From Reclinomonas americana ATCC 50394 (taxonomy: Eukaryota): DNA of 47,931 nt. The notes beneath the pieces are model-generated. The model made no database searches, had not been told where the DNA came from, and saw only the letters and a program-made list of their open reading frames with translations. The translations under genes were made by a program, and so were the position numbers. The stretch is taken from the NCBI GenBank assembly GCA_048213135.1, contig PS015462.1, positions 1 to 47,931 on the forward strand, read 5' to 3'. Below are positions 34,817 to 47,200 of this stretch, one piece after another; positions within the stretch are counted from its first letter, which is position 1, and the number at the start of each line of letters is the position of its first letter.

Positions 34817-37800
34817 TTAGATGTTGTCCGCGAATGACTCCCAGCCGCGAGGTGAGTTGCGACGACGCGACTCGGCCAGGAAGGCCGCCTGTCGTCTGGG
34901 ACGTTCGGTCAGGGTTGCCAGCAGCTGCAGTGGCAGGTCGGGTACGTCGACGGGGGCTGCTGCAGCGGCGGTGACGGCCGCGGTGGCAGAGTTGCGTGGG
35001 TCCTTCAGCTTGCCGCGTCGCAAGAACACTCGGTACTGCATGTCGGATTCCGCCGCGTCTGCCGGCTCTGCTGTGCCCGCACCGTCTCCGTGCTTCGCAG
35101 CCACCGCCTCGAGAGCCTTCGCTTCGTCATGTGAGCCGGCCAGCTCGTAAAGCAGCTGGTTGACTCGTTTGCGCGGTGTCGCAGCCCTCTTCTTCTTGCT
35201 GGTGGTCTTGTTCTCCGGATTCGGCTTGTCGACTTGCATGTCTTCAGCGACGACCGCAACGACTTCATCGCCTGTGACAGTGGCCTCGGTGATGGCAGTG
35301 TCGGCCGGCGGCAGGTCGACCGGACCGATGGTGGTGGCGGCGCTGCTGTGTTTGAACAGTCAGGCGGGTACAAAACGCATGCCGGTTGACAGACGCACCT
35401 GCCGACGTCCGTCTTCATGTGCGTGATGCCGCTGCCGCTCTCCGATACCGGTGAAGGCAGCAGAGAGTTGGCGATCGGAGCTAGCAGCCACGTCGGTATT
35501 GGCGACTTCGCAATCGGAGCAGGTGGAGGCGGTGGTGGTGGTGGTGGCGGTGACACCAGCGGTGGTGGCTGCGGTGCTGGCGGCTGTGCCTTGTATCGCT
35601 CAGTCCGCACGGCGGTGTTGATGTGCTTGATCTCGTCCGTTCCGAGATCGCGAAAGCACGCCGTGCACATTTTGCGGGTGACAAAGCGACTGGCCAGCAC
35701 TGCATCACAAACAAACGGCAGATGAGCGCCACATCACTGCGTCTTATACTGGTGCACGTAACTCTTGGACAGGCACTCCAAGTGAAACGAGTGGCCACAC
35801 GCCGGCAACTGAAAGACCCCGTGCTCCATGTCCAGGAGGCACAGCGGGCACTCCACCACATCGGCAGCGGCCTTTTCGCGCTCCACCTCGAGTCCCTGAC
35901 GGTACTGCAGGTAGGCTGCGTCGTCGGTGGACGACGACGATGCCGCCTGCTTCTCGAACGCATCCTGAATCATCTGCTCCATCTTGCTGTAGCGCACGAG
36001 TGGATCCTCGTCAAACAGCGAGTCGACACTCGGATCCACCGCCGCCGCCGCCGCCATTGCAGCCGGCTTTTCTTTCTTCTTGGAGGAGGTGGTGGTGGTG
36101 GCCGTCATTGCAGAAACCGACACTGCTCTGTCGACTGCGGCGATGGCCGGCGACGACGCATCGGTGACACGACGGCGCTTCTTTTCTGCCGGCTCCAAGG
36201 CAGCCACATCGCTAGCAGCCACGGCGCACCCGATGAGCTCCTGCGCGGGGGAGGTGCGGCGCGCATGAGTCAGGGAGACTACGAGATGGATCAGGCGCAC
36301 AGCGACGCAACATTGGTGACCGAGTTGAAGACAGTGAATGAGCGCTTCGGTCGGTAGGCCTCAACGTGCGCAGGAACCGACAGAAGCGTGCTCGAAGTCG
36401 TGGTAGAGTCGACAGACACTGCGGAGAGATCAGCAGCGCAGAGGAGCACCCAATGGCAAAGGAAACACAAACGCACCATCCATCAAGAACTGCATGTCGG
36501 ACGATGCACGACGAATGTCTTCGTGGAAGCGCTGCAGTTGCAGCATGCGCCGTTGCAGGTGCAAAACGCGCAGATCCCGGCACCGGAGCTGTCGGCGTTG
36601 GTGAGTCAACCAACGAAAGACACAAACGATGACGCAGCGAGCACACCTGATTCTCCATCTCTTGCAACTGCTGCCGCTGTTGCTGCTGTTGCTGGCGCAT
36701 CGCACTACGCTCCTCTTCCATGTCATCGGCGGCGAGGTTGACTTGTGTGGAAACATGTCGCACAGACGCCCGATCCGTGTTGCATCCGCGCTCCACGAAC
36801 GGCAAGTCGCGAGATTCCACAACTACCGGTAGCGCGGGTGCCGGTGGCGGAGGAAGCGGCAGTGGTGACGGTAACGCTGGTGGAGGAGGTGGCGGAGGCA
36901 GTGGCGGTGGCGACGGCAACGCTGGTGGAGGAGGCGGTGGTGACGGTGACGGTGGCGGCGAAGGCAACGCTGGAGGGGGAGGAGGAGGTGGTGGTGGGGG
37001 TGGCTCTGGTCGCAGAGAGGCTGGTGGCGGTGGTGGTAGCGGAGGCAGTTGTCGCATCGGTGGCAAGGCCGAAGGCTCGGGCAGCGGTGGCAGCACCAGA
37101 GGAGGAGGCGGCGGCGGTGACGGAGGTGGAAGCGGCGGCAGCCTCGCCAGTGGACCGTCATCAAAAATGACAGTAGCCGTCGTCGCTGTCGTTGACGTGG
37201 TGGCAGTGGTGGTGGTGGTGGTGGTGGTTGCCGTGGCGGGCACTGGCAACGCACGCGCACCAAAAGACTGCGCCTGTGCATCAAAAGTAATATTAGAGAT
37301 ATTGCACGAAACCGGCGGCAGTACATAAAGACGCACCAAACCCGGCTTCGACTGTACGCTCAGCAAGAACTGCATGAAGGACTGGCACTGCTGGCCGTTG
37401 CGACTGTCGATCAGCAGCGACAAGAGGCCCCACTGCGCGTGCAGATGCGGGAAGCGACGAATCATGCGCAGAAAGTTGTCGCCCTCGACCTTGGTCCACG
37501 CATCGCGACGGACGGTCTTCCCCGGCAACACATGCTGCATCAGATACGCATTGGCATCGCGTCGCAGCTGCACATTTGCATGTGTGTCAGAGTTGCAGCA
37601 GCAGGCATGCACACACACGCAAAAAGGACCTCGCAGAGCACTCCGAGCTGCTCGGCTGACATGCTCGACTCGTCGACCGACGCAAAGTCGCAGTGGTGGT
37701 GGTTGAACAGATGCGGAACAACCAAGTCACAGAACTGGCCTGTGTGTTGTGTGCGAGCTGCACATGTGAGCAACGACTGTGCGTGCACAGTGAGGCAAGT

Positions 37801-37947
37801 CACGCACTGTTGCTCAGTGTCGCCTGCGGTGGAGGCAGTGGAGGCAGCAGGAGAGGAACAGTCGGAGCTGCATATCACATAAGCGAGAGAGAGAGGCGAG
37901 TGGTAAAGAACAAAGTGCACAGACGCACGTTGTTGTTGTTGCTCCAT
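34817..37947 (-). CDS. Myb/SANT-like + proline-rich + coiled-coil + RING-H2 protein (9 introns)
   Basis: AWTKVEGDNFLRMIRRFPHLHAQWGLLSLLIDSRNGQQCQSFM (Myb-like). CPLC...PACGHSFHLECLSK|MLASRFVTRKMCTAC (RING-H2). The halves are joined in frame by intron 36241-36311. Confidence 0.7.
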
Positions 37948-39084
37948 GTTTTTCGCGTGATCAAAGTGCCTTTCACGCAATTGAAGTGCGCTCAATGGAC
38001 GCGCGATCGATGCAAATCACCTCGCCGATTCAGATCGCCGCTTGCCGGCTGCTGGCGATTGTCCGGCTGCTCACGCCGTTTTTGTCACACCAACAGCGGG
38101 AGAGCGACGAAAAAAAGAGTCGAACGTGTGAGAAAAATGCATTGAGGAGACAACTCAGCAAAATGCAACAGGCACAAAAACTAACGTCGCTTTCTCTCTC
38201 ACACACACATTCACATATGCGCACACTCTCTTCTCTCTCTCTCTCNNNNNNNNNNNNNNNNNNNNNNNNNNNNNNNNNNNNNNNNNNNNNNNNNNNNNNN
38301 NNNNNNNNNNNNNNNNNNNNNNNNNNNNNNNNNNNNNNNNNNNNNNNNNNNNNNNNNNNNNNNNNNNNNNNNNNNNNNNNNNNNNNNNNNNNNNNNNNNN
38401 NNNNNNNNNNNNNNNNNNNNNNNNNNNNNNNNNNNNNNNNNNNNNNNNNNNNNNNNNNNNNNNNNNNNNNNNNNNNNNNNNNNNNNNNNNNNNNNNNNNN
38501 NNNNNNNNNNNNNNNNNNNNNNNNNNNNNNNNNNNNNNNNNNNNNNNNNNNNNNNNNNNNNNNNNNNNNNNNNNNNNNNNNNNNNNNNNNNNNNNNNNNN
38601 NNNNNNNNNNNNNNNNNNNNNNNNNNNNNNNNNNNNNNNNNNNNNNNNNNNNNNNNNNNNNNNNNNNNNNNNNNNNNNNNNNNNNNNNNNNNNNNNNNNN
38701 NNNNNNNNNNNNNNNNNNNNNNNNNNNNNNNNNNNNNNNNNNNNNNNNNNNNNNNNNNNNNNNNNNNNNNNNNNNNNNNNNNNNNNNNNNNNNNNNNNNN
38801 NNNNNNNNNNNNNNNNNNNNNNNNNNNNNNNNNNNNNNNNNNNNNNNNNNNNNNNNNNNNNNNNNNNNNNNNNNNNNNNNNNNNNNNNNNNNNNNNNNNN
38901 NNNNNNNNNNNNNNNNNNNNNNNNNNNNNNNNNNNNNNNNNNNNNNNNNNNNNNNNNNNNNNNNNNNNNNNNNNNNNNNNNNNNNNNNNNNNNNNNNNNN
39001 NNNNNNNNNNNNNNNNNNNNNNNNNNNNNNNNNNNNNNNAACGTCGCTTCTCTCTCACACACACATTCTACATATGCGCACACT

Positions 39085-39132
<48 letters not shown>

Positions 39133-39612
39133 TCCCTCTCTTCTCCCCTTGCACACACCTTTTCCATTATATGCATTTCGTCTCCATCGACATTCGACTT
39201 GCAGCGCGCATTGTGTGCATTGCTGTCAACCTCACGTATCAGCCTGCACAACACGCAAAGGACGTGGTGTGTGTGCGTGCGTTTTGCCGGTCCATTTAGT
39301 TGATCCATCAACTTGTCGACCAACCACAACGACACACACAGACACACACGCAGACACACACACACACGGGCAGACAAGCAGGAAGCTTCACACGCACACA
39401 CGCAGAAACGCACACAAAAAAACAACAACAACAAAAAAAGCAAGAAAAGTCGACTGATTTTGGCATCGCCTTGCAGGTACGCAAACAGCACACTCATTCA
39501 CACAAACACACACGTGTGTGCTCTCACACGCACTTTATCGTCCTCTCTCTTTCCCTTTCCGCCCTCTCTCTCCTCTCTCATCCTCTGACACGCGCATTCC
39601 GCTGCAGCAGTA

Positions 39613-42600
39613 ATGTTGGGTGGCGATGCCGAGCATCCCCATGGCGCAAGGACAACACCGCCCAACACCACATCTGCATCAGTGGCTGCTGTCTTTGCTG
39701 CTGCAGCGGCCGCCTCTGCTGCAGCAGGAGGAGGAGGAGCAGCAGCACCACCAACAGCAGGTGGTCCTCGCTTGTCAACGTACCACCCGGCACCGCCAGA
39801 AGCGCGCGCCACTCGCTTTGTGTACTCGCTGGCACACATGAACGCGTTGCGCATGTCTCCGCTGCTGGTCACTGATGAGGCGTGGCAGTTGATCCCGCGC
39901 GGCTTGCGGAAGCCGCAGCCATGGTTGGTCACCTGCAATGCGCGCTTGTGTGTCTCGCGTGTGTCTTTGTGCACGCTGCTCATGCGTTGGTAGGGATCCC
40001 GAGGAGGAGCGCATGATGGCGCGGCTGACCGAGGCCAAGTACAAGGGCGGTGGTGGCATTGGCGAGGAGCTGGTTCGTGCCAGACTCTCTTTTGCGTCGT
40101 GTCCACACTTTTTTTGTGACGTTTGCAATGCGTGCAGGAGCCCAAGCGCTCTGCACATCGGGAGCATGGAGAGGGACGGTTGGGTGCTGCAGGTGAAGGT
40201 GGGTTGGGCAGGCGAGGGGCGGCGGGAGGTGGGACTGGTGGCGACTCGCTGCTCGGACGCAGTACGACGACGACTGGACGGGGTCGTGGCGCGAGTATCG
40301 ATGCGCCGCCTGCGTCGGGAGACTCGTGGCGCACACGAGGAGCACCTGCAGGTGTCGGTTCGTTGGCGTCGTCGTCGGCATTGTCGTCGTCGTCGTCGTC
40401 GTCGTCGACAGCGCAGGGTGACAAGCGCGATCGGTGTGTCTGTTTGCAACTGGATGGGGCGGCGGTGTCCACAAGTGCTCACCAATGTCTCGTGACAGGG
40501 GATCGCGAAGCAGCAACGACTCGAGCTGGCGTCGTGCCGAGGGCGCGTCCAAGGTGTGTTTGTTTGTGTGCGTGTGTGCGCACACAGTTTGTGACTCTAG
40601 CACGCGCCACGCAGCCGGGCTTCGACATGCGCTCGCTGGGCAATGTGGCGCCCGCAGGTGGCACACTTCCCAGCGGTGCCGTGTCGCTGAACGAGATCGA
40701 GAGCTCGTTTGGTGGCAGCCAGTCTTCCACTGGCAATCGCCGCAGCAACAAGACCAAGGACGGCAACGCGGGCGACTACATTGCCTTTGTGAAGAACCTC
40801 GAGTCGGGAACCTCCCGCGAGGACCTCATGATGTTCTTTGCGGCGCAGCGTCCGCTGTCGGTGCAACTGAACGGTTCGCAGGCGCATGTCTACTTTGGCG
40901 ACGAGAGTCACCTGCGAGGAGCACTGGAACTGACCAACAAGGTACTGTCGTGTGCGTTGGCGGCGTCGGTGGGGCACCGCAGATTCACTGTGCTCGCACG
41001 CAGCCGCTCAAGTCGCGGCCGATTCGAATCGTCGTCGACAATCAATCACGGCCGGTCGGAGGCGGAAGCTCACAGGGCCGTCGCATTGCCTCGGTGATTC
41101 AACCGAATTCACGAGACGCAGACTCCAAGGTGATCATCATCACACCATGGGTTTGAGGGGGGCGGGGGTGGTATGTGCCGCGTCGTTCTGACACGCCGCA
41201 ATGCTTTGCTAGTCTACGGCAACCTCGACCGCCGATGCCGACAGTCGTGCGCGTACGGAGAACAGGAAGGGTGCGGAGGGCGGGGCTGCTGGCGGCTCTG
41301 CCGATGGTGGTGGAAATGGTGGTGGAAATGGCGGTGACGGCGACAGTCGTTCAGGAAGTCGCTTTGCGCGCTTCTTTGAGGCCACTGTTGTTGCGTAGTC
41401 TTGTGTCGTCCGTCTGCCCCACTCCTACTTCTATGCTGATGTGTCGCCAGACACCTGACGACTTCCCGGAGCCGTCGGAGCAGAGCTCGGGTGTGCAGCA
41501 CGGAGAAATGGTGATTATTGGCACGGTGAAGAATTTCGACCCCACACAAGGCGGCAGCGGCACTAGTGCCAAGCTGCAGCGCAAGTCGAGTGGGCCAGCT
41601 GGGGAGACGCCGAAAATGTCACCGACAAAGACGGTGGCGCAGTCGCCGGCCAAGTCGACCACGGTGTCGCACTCGTCGGATTCGGCCGCCTCGTCTGCCG
41701 CCGCGCTGCTCTCGTATGACGCGGCATTGCCGTCGTCACCCGAGATGCCGTCGCGCCGAGCGCACCTCGATGCGCCCAACGCGCTGCCGCCCATCATGTC
41801 GGCCATTGGTCCGGGCGGTTTCTTTGGTGACATGAGCAGCCCTGGAGTCGCTCTGGTACGTTGCATGTGTGTGCTTGCGCGTCGTCTTTTTCTACGACTC
41901 TCATGCACGGGCGGCCACACACAGGAGGAGGGTCTGGAGGAGCTGGGCGGCAGTGATGCACCATCGTCGCCACCGTCAATGGAAGGGCAGGCGTTCGAGT
42001 CATCCTCGTCGTCCTCGCCGTGGGGTCGACCCATGGGTCTCATGGACGGTGGAGCTGGTGGCGGTGGCGTTCCGGGGGGTGCTGGAGGCGGCGGCAACGG
42101 TCGACCAATGCCGACTAATATGGACTTCCACTCACTGGATCGTCAGCCTCATGCTGCGCGCAATTTGGAGAGCGCCTTCTCCAGCAATGTTCCAGTGGAC
42201 TTTGGTGCCGTACTGGCGCCTCCGCGTGGACCTGTGCCCGGCTTGTCGATTCCACTGACGCAGATGACGGCGAAACCGGCGCCGGAAGCCTCGTCGATGC
42301 GGCCGTCCGACATTGAGAGTGTGCTGCGCCAGATGCTCTCCATCGATCCGGGACCACCGCGAGCTGGCCCTTCGCATCAATCACAGCCTCCGCTTATGAT
42401 GCAGCAAGGCATGCCCTACGGCAATCCGTATGGTGGTGGTGGTGGTGGCGCGTACGCACCTCCATCATCACTACCGCCGTCCATGATGCACCAGCAGCAA
42501 CAGCACCAACAACAACAACAACAGCATGCACGACAGCCGTCCCAGCCCATGCAACAGCAGTCTCCCGCTCCTGCATCCTCGGTGCATTTCCCGGGTGCCA

Positions 42601-42977
42601 TGGTGCCGCCGCCACCGTCCGGCTATCCGTACTCTGCGCAGGCGCCGCCGCTTGCAATGCACCCTGGTGGCTACGCCATGCCACCGCCACCACAGCAGCA
42701 ACAGCAGCAGCAGCAGCAGCAGCTGGTGAGTGTCCATGTGCTGCATTCCAGACCACCATGTCGTGTGTCTCATCTCGTGTTGTTGCATGATGAGGAGCAG
42801 TACAACAAGGGCGCCAACATGTACCCGACTGGTGCGACACAGGCCGCCAAGCCGGCGGAGCAAGCCGCCAGCAGTGCAACTGTTGCCACAAACACGGCAG
42901 GTGGTGGCACCGACTGGATGCAGAAGATATTGGCGGGCGAGCTGACACAGGCGCCGCCGTCGACCGCAGTACCGTCG
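39613..42977 (+). CDS. Putative translation/mRNA-decay regulator: 4E-T-like motifs plus eIF4B/4H-type RRM and Q/P-rich tail; last exon probably on the adjacent inverted contig
   Basis: RFVYSLAHMNALRMSP, GAVSLNEIESSF and GSRFARFF motifs. RRM YIAFVKNLESGTSREDLMMFF...AHVYFGDESHLRGALELTNK|PLKSRPIRIVVD. About 10 coding introns. Confidence 0.65.
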
Positions 42978-43341
42978 GTGAGTTGTTACGCGGCGTCATG
43001 ATTGCATTCCAGTGAGTTCTGTAGCCGCTGATACCNNNNNNNNNNNNNNNNNNNNNNNNNNNNNNNNNNNNNNNNNNNNNNNNNNNNNNNNNNNNNNNNN
43101 NNNNNNNNNNNNNNNNNNNNNNNNNNNNNNNNNNNNNNNNNNNNNNNNNNNNNNNNNNNNNNNNNNNNNNNNNNNNNNNNNNNNNNNNNNNNNNNNNNNN
43201 NNNNNNNNNNNNNNNNNNNNNNNNNNNNNNNNNNNNNNNNNNNNNNNNNNNNNNNNNNNNNNNNNNNNNNNNNNNNNNNNNNNNNNNNNNNNNNNNNNNN
43301 NNNNNNNNNNNNNNNNNNNNNNNNNNNTTCGTCAATCGACG

Positions 43342-43848
43342 TTACCCGTGCGTCCTTCGGAGGCTACCAGCCGCCTGCACTGATGCGCCAAAGAGCGCGT
43401 TCACGTCGATACGGTTCGACGCCGCACCGCCGCCCGACGGGGCGATTTGCGGCGGCTGTTGCAGAACCTGTTGTTGTTGTTGTGGCTGCTGCGGCTGCAG
43501 CTGGGGGAGAGGCTGCGCCGGCATCGCGTACCTCTGCTGCGGGAGCGACTGCTGCACAGGTGCCATGGGGGCACCTCGCGGCGCACCGCCGTACATGCCA
43601 GCCGGGTACTGCGCCTGCGGCTGCTGCTGGTACATGGTCGGCATGCCGTAGCCAGGCATAGGACCCGCCATGCGACCAGCCGGCGGCTGTGCCGGCTGTC
43701 CGTACATGCCGTAGTAGCCGGGTGGCACTTGCTGCTGTTGTTGCGCCTGTTGTTGCGGCTGCTGTTGCTGCTGCTGGGGTGGTGGCGGTGGCGGATACGG
43801 TTGTCGCTGCTGAGGAGGGTACTGCGGTTGACCAACCCATGCGCCGGC
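43342..43848 (-). CDS. Orphan terminal exon, Q/P/Y/G-rich, on a small contig between two gaps
   Basis: Acceptor tgctgtag|GCC, open frame to TAA at 43342, ending ...RIDVNALFGASVQAAGSLRRTHG*. Confidence 0.7.
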   Translation of the reverse strand, partial: AGAWVGQPQYPPQQRQPYPPPPPPQQQQQQPQQQAQQQQQVPPGYYGMYGQPAQPPAGRMAGPMPGYGMPTMYQQQPQAQYPAGMYGGAPRGAPMAPVQQSLPQQRYAMPAQPLPQLQPQQPQQQQQVLQQPPQIAPSGGGAASNRIDVNALFGASVQAAGSLRRTHG

Positions 43849-44290
43849 CTACAGCACACAAGTNNNNNNNNNNNNNNNNNNNNNNNNNNNNNNNNNNNNN
43901 NNNNNNNNNNNNNNNNNNNNNNNNNNNNNNNNNNNNNNNNNNNNTTGGAGTCGCAGGTGCGCTTGTGTCTCCTGTGACTGAGTGTTGGCGTATTTTCGTG
44001 TCTCTCACATGCGCGTTTCTCGCGTTACAGCTGTCTCGGAGATGACGCTTGGGGGCGAGTGAGTGGTGGTGGAAGGGTTGCATGTTTGGTGGATGTTGTG
44101 ATGGGATGATGATGACGGAGGAGAGCCGCAGTGTAGCAGCAGTGGCCAATGTGGCAGTGGCTGCTTGCGGAAGGAATGAAAAAAACGCGACATTTGCTAA
44201 TTAATTCTACACTGCTTACACTACTCTGCGGACTCCGCAGACTGGTGCTCCATTTCCCGCAATTCAGGGGCGTAATGTTGCTGCCGTTCA

Positions 44291-47200
44291 TCACGTCGTG
44301 AGATCCTGCGGGCACACACACTCACAAAAGCACGCACGACGTACCGCCAGATACGCATAGTCGGTCTCGGCTTCACGCGGACGGTTCTGTGCGCGATAGA
44401 TGCTGATGCGACCGAGAATAGCACGCACACGCTCCCGCCGATCCTTTGTGCGGTTGGCAATGCCAGAGAGGCCTTGAATTGCACCCTCCAAGTCTCCCAT
44501 GCGTCGCTGCAAGCTGCAGCGGTAGTAGGCCAGCGACTCGGACGGTTGCACTGAGAGCGCCTGATCGATCACACTCATCGCCTCGTCGTACTGCACGTGC
44601 GTTCGCGCAACGGTGAGAACACTCGCCTCCCACCATCCACTCGGCCACACCACGCACCTTCTGTTGCCGCTCACACAGCATGGCGTACATGCGGAGCGCA
44701 AGCAAATGTCGTGGATCAATGTTCAACGCTTGGACCAGCGTCTGCCGTGCGGCACTGAGCGATTGATTCTGCACACGCACCACCCTCCACGGTGAGTTCA
44801 CCGCACGCAACAATCATGTGTGCCGGTTGTCACACGCACCTCGGCTTCACGATTGCCGGCATTGATATTGGCCAAGTGCAACATGAAGCGTGCGGCGTCG
44901 GCCAGCACATCTGCTCGGTCTGGGCTCAGCTCCTTGGCCTTGTTGAAGTCGTGCATGATGTCGAGCTCCACAAAGCCGAGCTTCCACTTGATGTTGGCAC
45001 GCAGGCAGTACAGAGAGCCGGTATTCGGCGACATTTGCAGTGCCGCCTCTGCGTCCGACAGTGCGTCTTGGAGTCGATTGGACCGCTGTGACGAGTTAAC
45101 GAATGAGCGAGCGCGCCAGACGACCCAAGCCACGCGACAGAATGACGTACCATGAAGCAGGTGGCACGCCGGAAGAGAACATTGTGCATGTGCTCACACC
45201 CGATTGTAAGCACCTGCGTCAAATCCTCAATGGCCGCGTCAAACTGTTCCATTCGCTCAAAGACTTGCGACCTCCGCAGGTACAGATTGGCATCGTCCGG
45301 ATGCTGGGTAATGGCAGCTCCAAGCACTTCCACTGCACCGTTCGTGTTTCCTAGCGAGAGCAGCGCTCGCGAGCATTGCACCAGCAAGTCGACATTGTTC
45401 GGTTCAATTTGCAGGCCTTGCTGGACATCCTGTCATCGCAACCAGTGTCAGTACCCGCACTCTCTCTCACACACTCACACACACACGGTCATTCTGCAGA
45501 AGCTGACGTAACTTGCAGCGCTTCCTGCGGACGCTTGACGCCCAAAAAGAGACTTGCACGGGCGCAATACGTGGCAGCTCGCTGCGGATTGCACTGCAGC
45601 GACATGTCAAAGTGCTGGAAGGCGGCCTCCGTTTGTTTCTGGAACGAAGCCAGGTCTGCGTTCTTGATGGCCATTAGCGCCTCCGCTCGGCACGCGTGCA
45701 CGTCGGCCAGGAGTGCGGGATCGTTTGGCGCCGCATACCTACATCGTAACGATCAGACACCCGAAAGCACACACAGACAATGAGTGGAAGGAAACCAAAC
45801 TGCAACGCGGCTTCTGAATCCTGCAAAGCGTGGTCTGCATTGCCGAGCAGCCGAGACGCCGTGGAACGCAGCATGTAAGCCGACGAAAGGGTGTAGTCCG
45901 CAGCCAGTGCCGACGAAGTAATCTCAATGGCGGCCTGCAAGAAAAGTTGCAGAGGTAAACAAGTGAATACCTCACACGCCGCTCTCCGACCACACACGCA
46001 GCGCACCTGGTAGTTGCCGGCTCTGATGGCGTCGAGCGCCGCCTGCATCTCACCCTGCTCGCCATCAACACTCGCAAACGACAAGCTGCGACTCATCATG
46101 AGATCGCCACCGTGGCCGCCACCACCCACAACTACACCACTGCCGCTGCCACCAGCCGCGTCCATGTTCGGTGCCGACGACTCCTGCCCGCCAGTGTCAT
46201 CGTGTGTTCCTGTTGGCGGAGCAAGTGTCAGGCCAGGAACCTTGAAAAATTGATGATACACGCATACCGTACTGCTGACTCGAATACGACGCAGTGCTTG
46301 AACCGTCCGAGTCCGGTGTCATCTCGCCCTCCTCACGTCCACCATTGTCGCGGCCGCCAGTGCCACCGTCACCACCCTCAATCGCCGCACCGGATTCGTC
46401 TGCTGTACCGTCTCCGTCACCACCATCACCATCACCATCACCGTCGTCATCGTCGTCGTCGTCGTCGTCGTCTGCCCCAATTCACTTATGAGTGAGTTGC
46501 CGCGCGTCCACACAAGAAAAGATCACAATCTGCATCGTCGCACCATCGAGAAGATTCGGATCCAAATCAACGGCCTTGCTCCAGTCCGCCGCCGACTCCT
46601 CCGCGCGACCAAGCTCGTCTAGCACCATAGAGCGCGACAAATACACCTCGCCAGTGTACGTCGCCTCCGGCGCACACTTGATGGCTTTCGTATAGTGCTC
46701 CAGCGCCAAATCCAGTTTCTGCTGCTCACGATTCATGTCGCCGAGGAACTGCTCGATGGCCACAATATGCCTAACAGCACACACAAGTTGAGTGCGCGAA
46801 ACTCGTCCACACTGACTTTTCTTGCAGCAGACGCACTGTGGATTATCGGTGGCCTCAAACGCACTCGCACACGATGCTTCCGCTGCTTCCCACTCCCCAC
46901 GCTCGGCTTGGAGCTGTGACCACCAACAGCACAACAACATCTCAGCATCANNNNNNNNNNNNNNNNNNNNNNNNNNNNNNNNNNNNNNNNNNNNNNNNNN
47001 NNNNNNNNNNNNNNNNNNNNNNNNNNNNNNNNNNNNNNNNNNNNNNNNNNNNNNNNNNNNNNNNNNNNNNNNNNNNNNNNNNNNNNNNNNNNNNNNNNNN
47101 NNNNNNNNNNNNNNNNNNNNNNNNNNNNNNNNNNNNNNNNNNNNNNNNNNNNNNNNNNNNNNNNNNNNNNNNNNNNNNNNNNNNNNNNNNNNNNNNNNNN

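Noticed and set aside
38183-39110. Near-identical ~60-bp sequence on both sides of gap 38246-39039, resembling an LTR or target-site duplication
   Set aside because: It ends in a (CT)n microsatellite at contig edges and differs by single indels, typical of unmerged contig overlap.
252-45512. Shifted-donor introns as an Introner/transposon family
   Set aside because: Beyond the first 6-7 nt they share no visible sequence, length class, terminal inverted repeats or target-site duplication.
45790-45805. Donor CA|GTTTGGT as another shifted site
   Set aside because: It has G at both +5 and +6, so its register is ambiguous and it was left out of the count.
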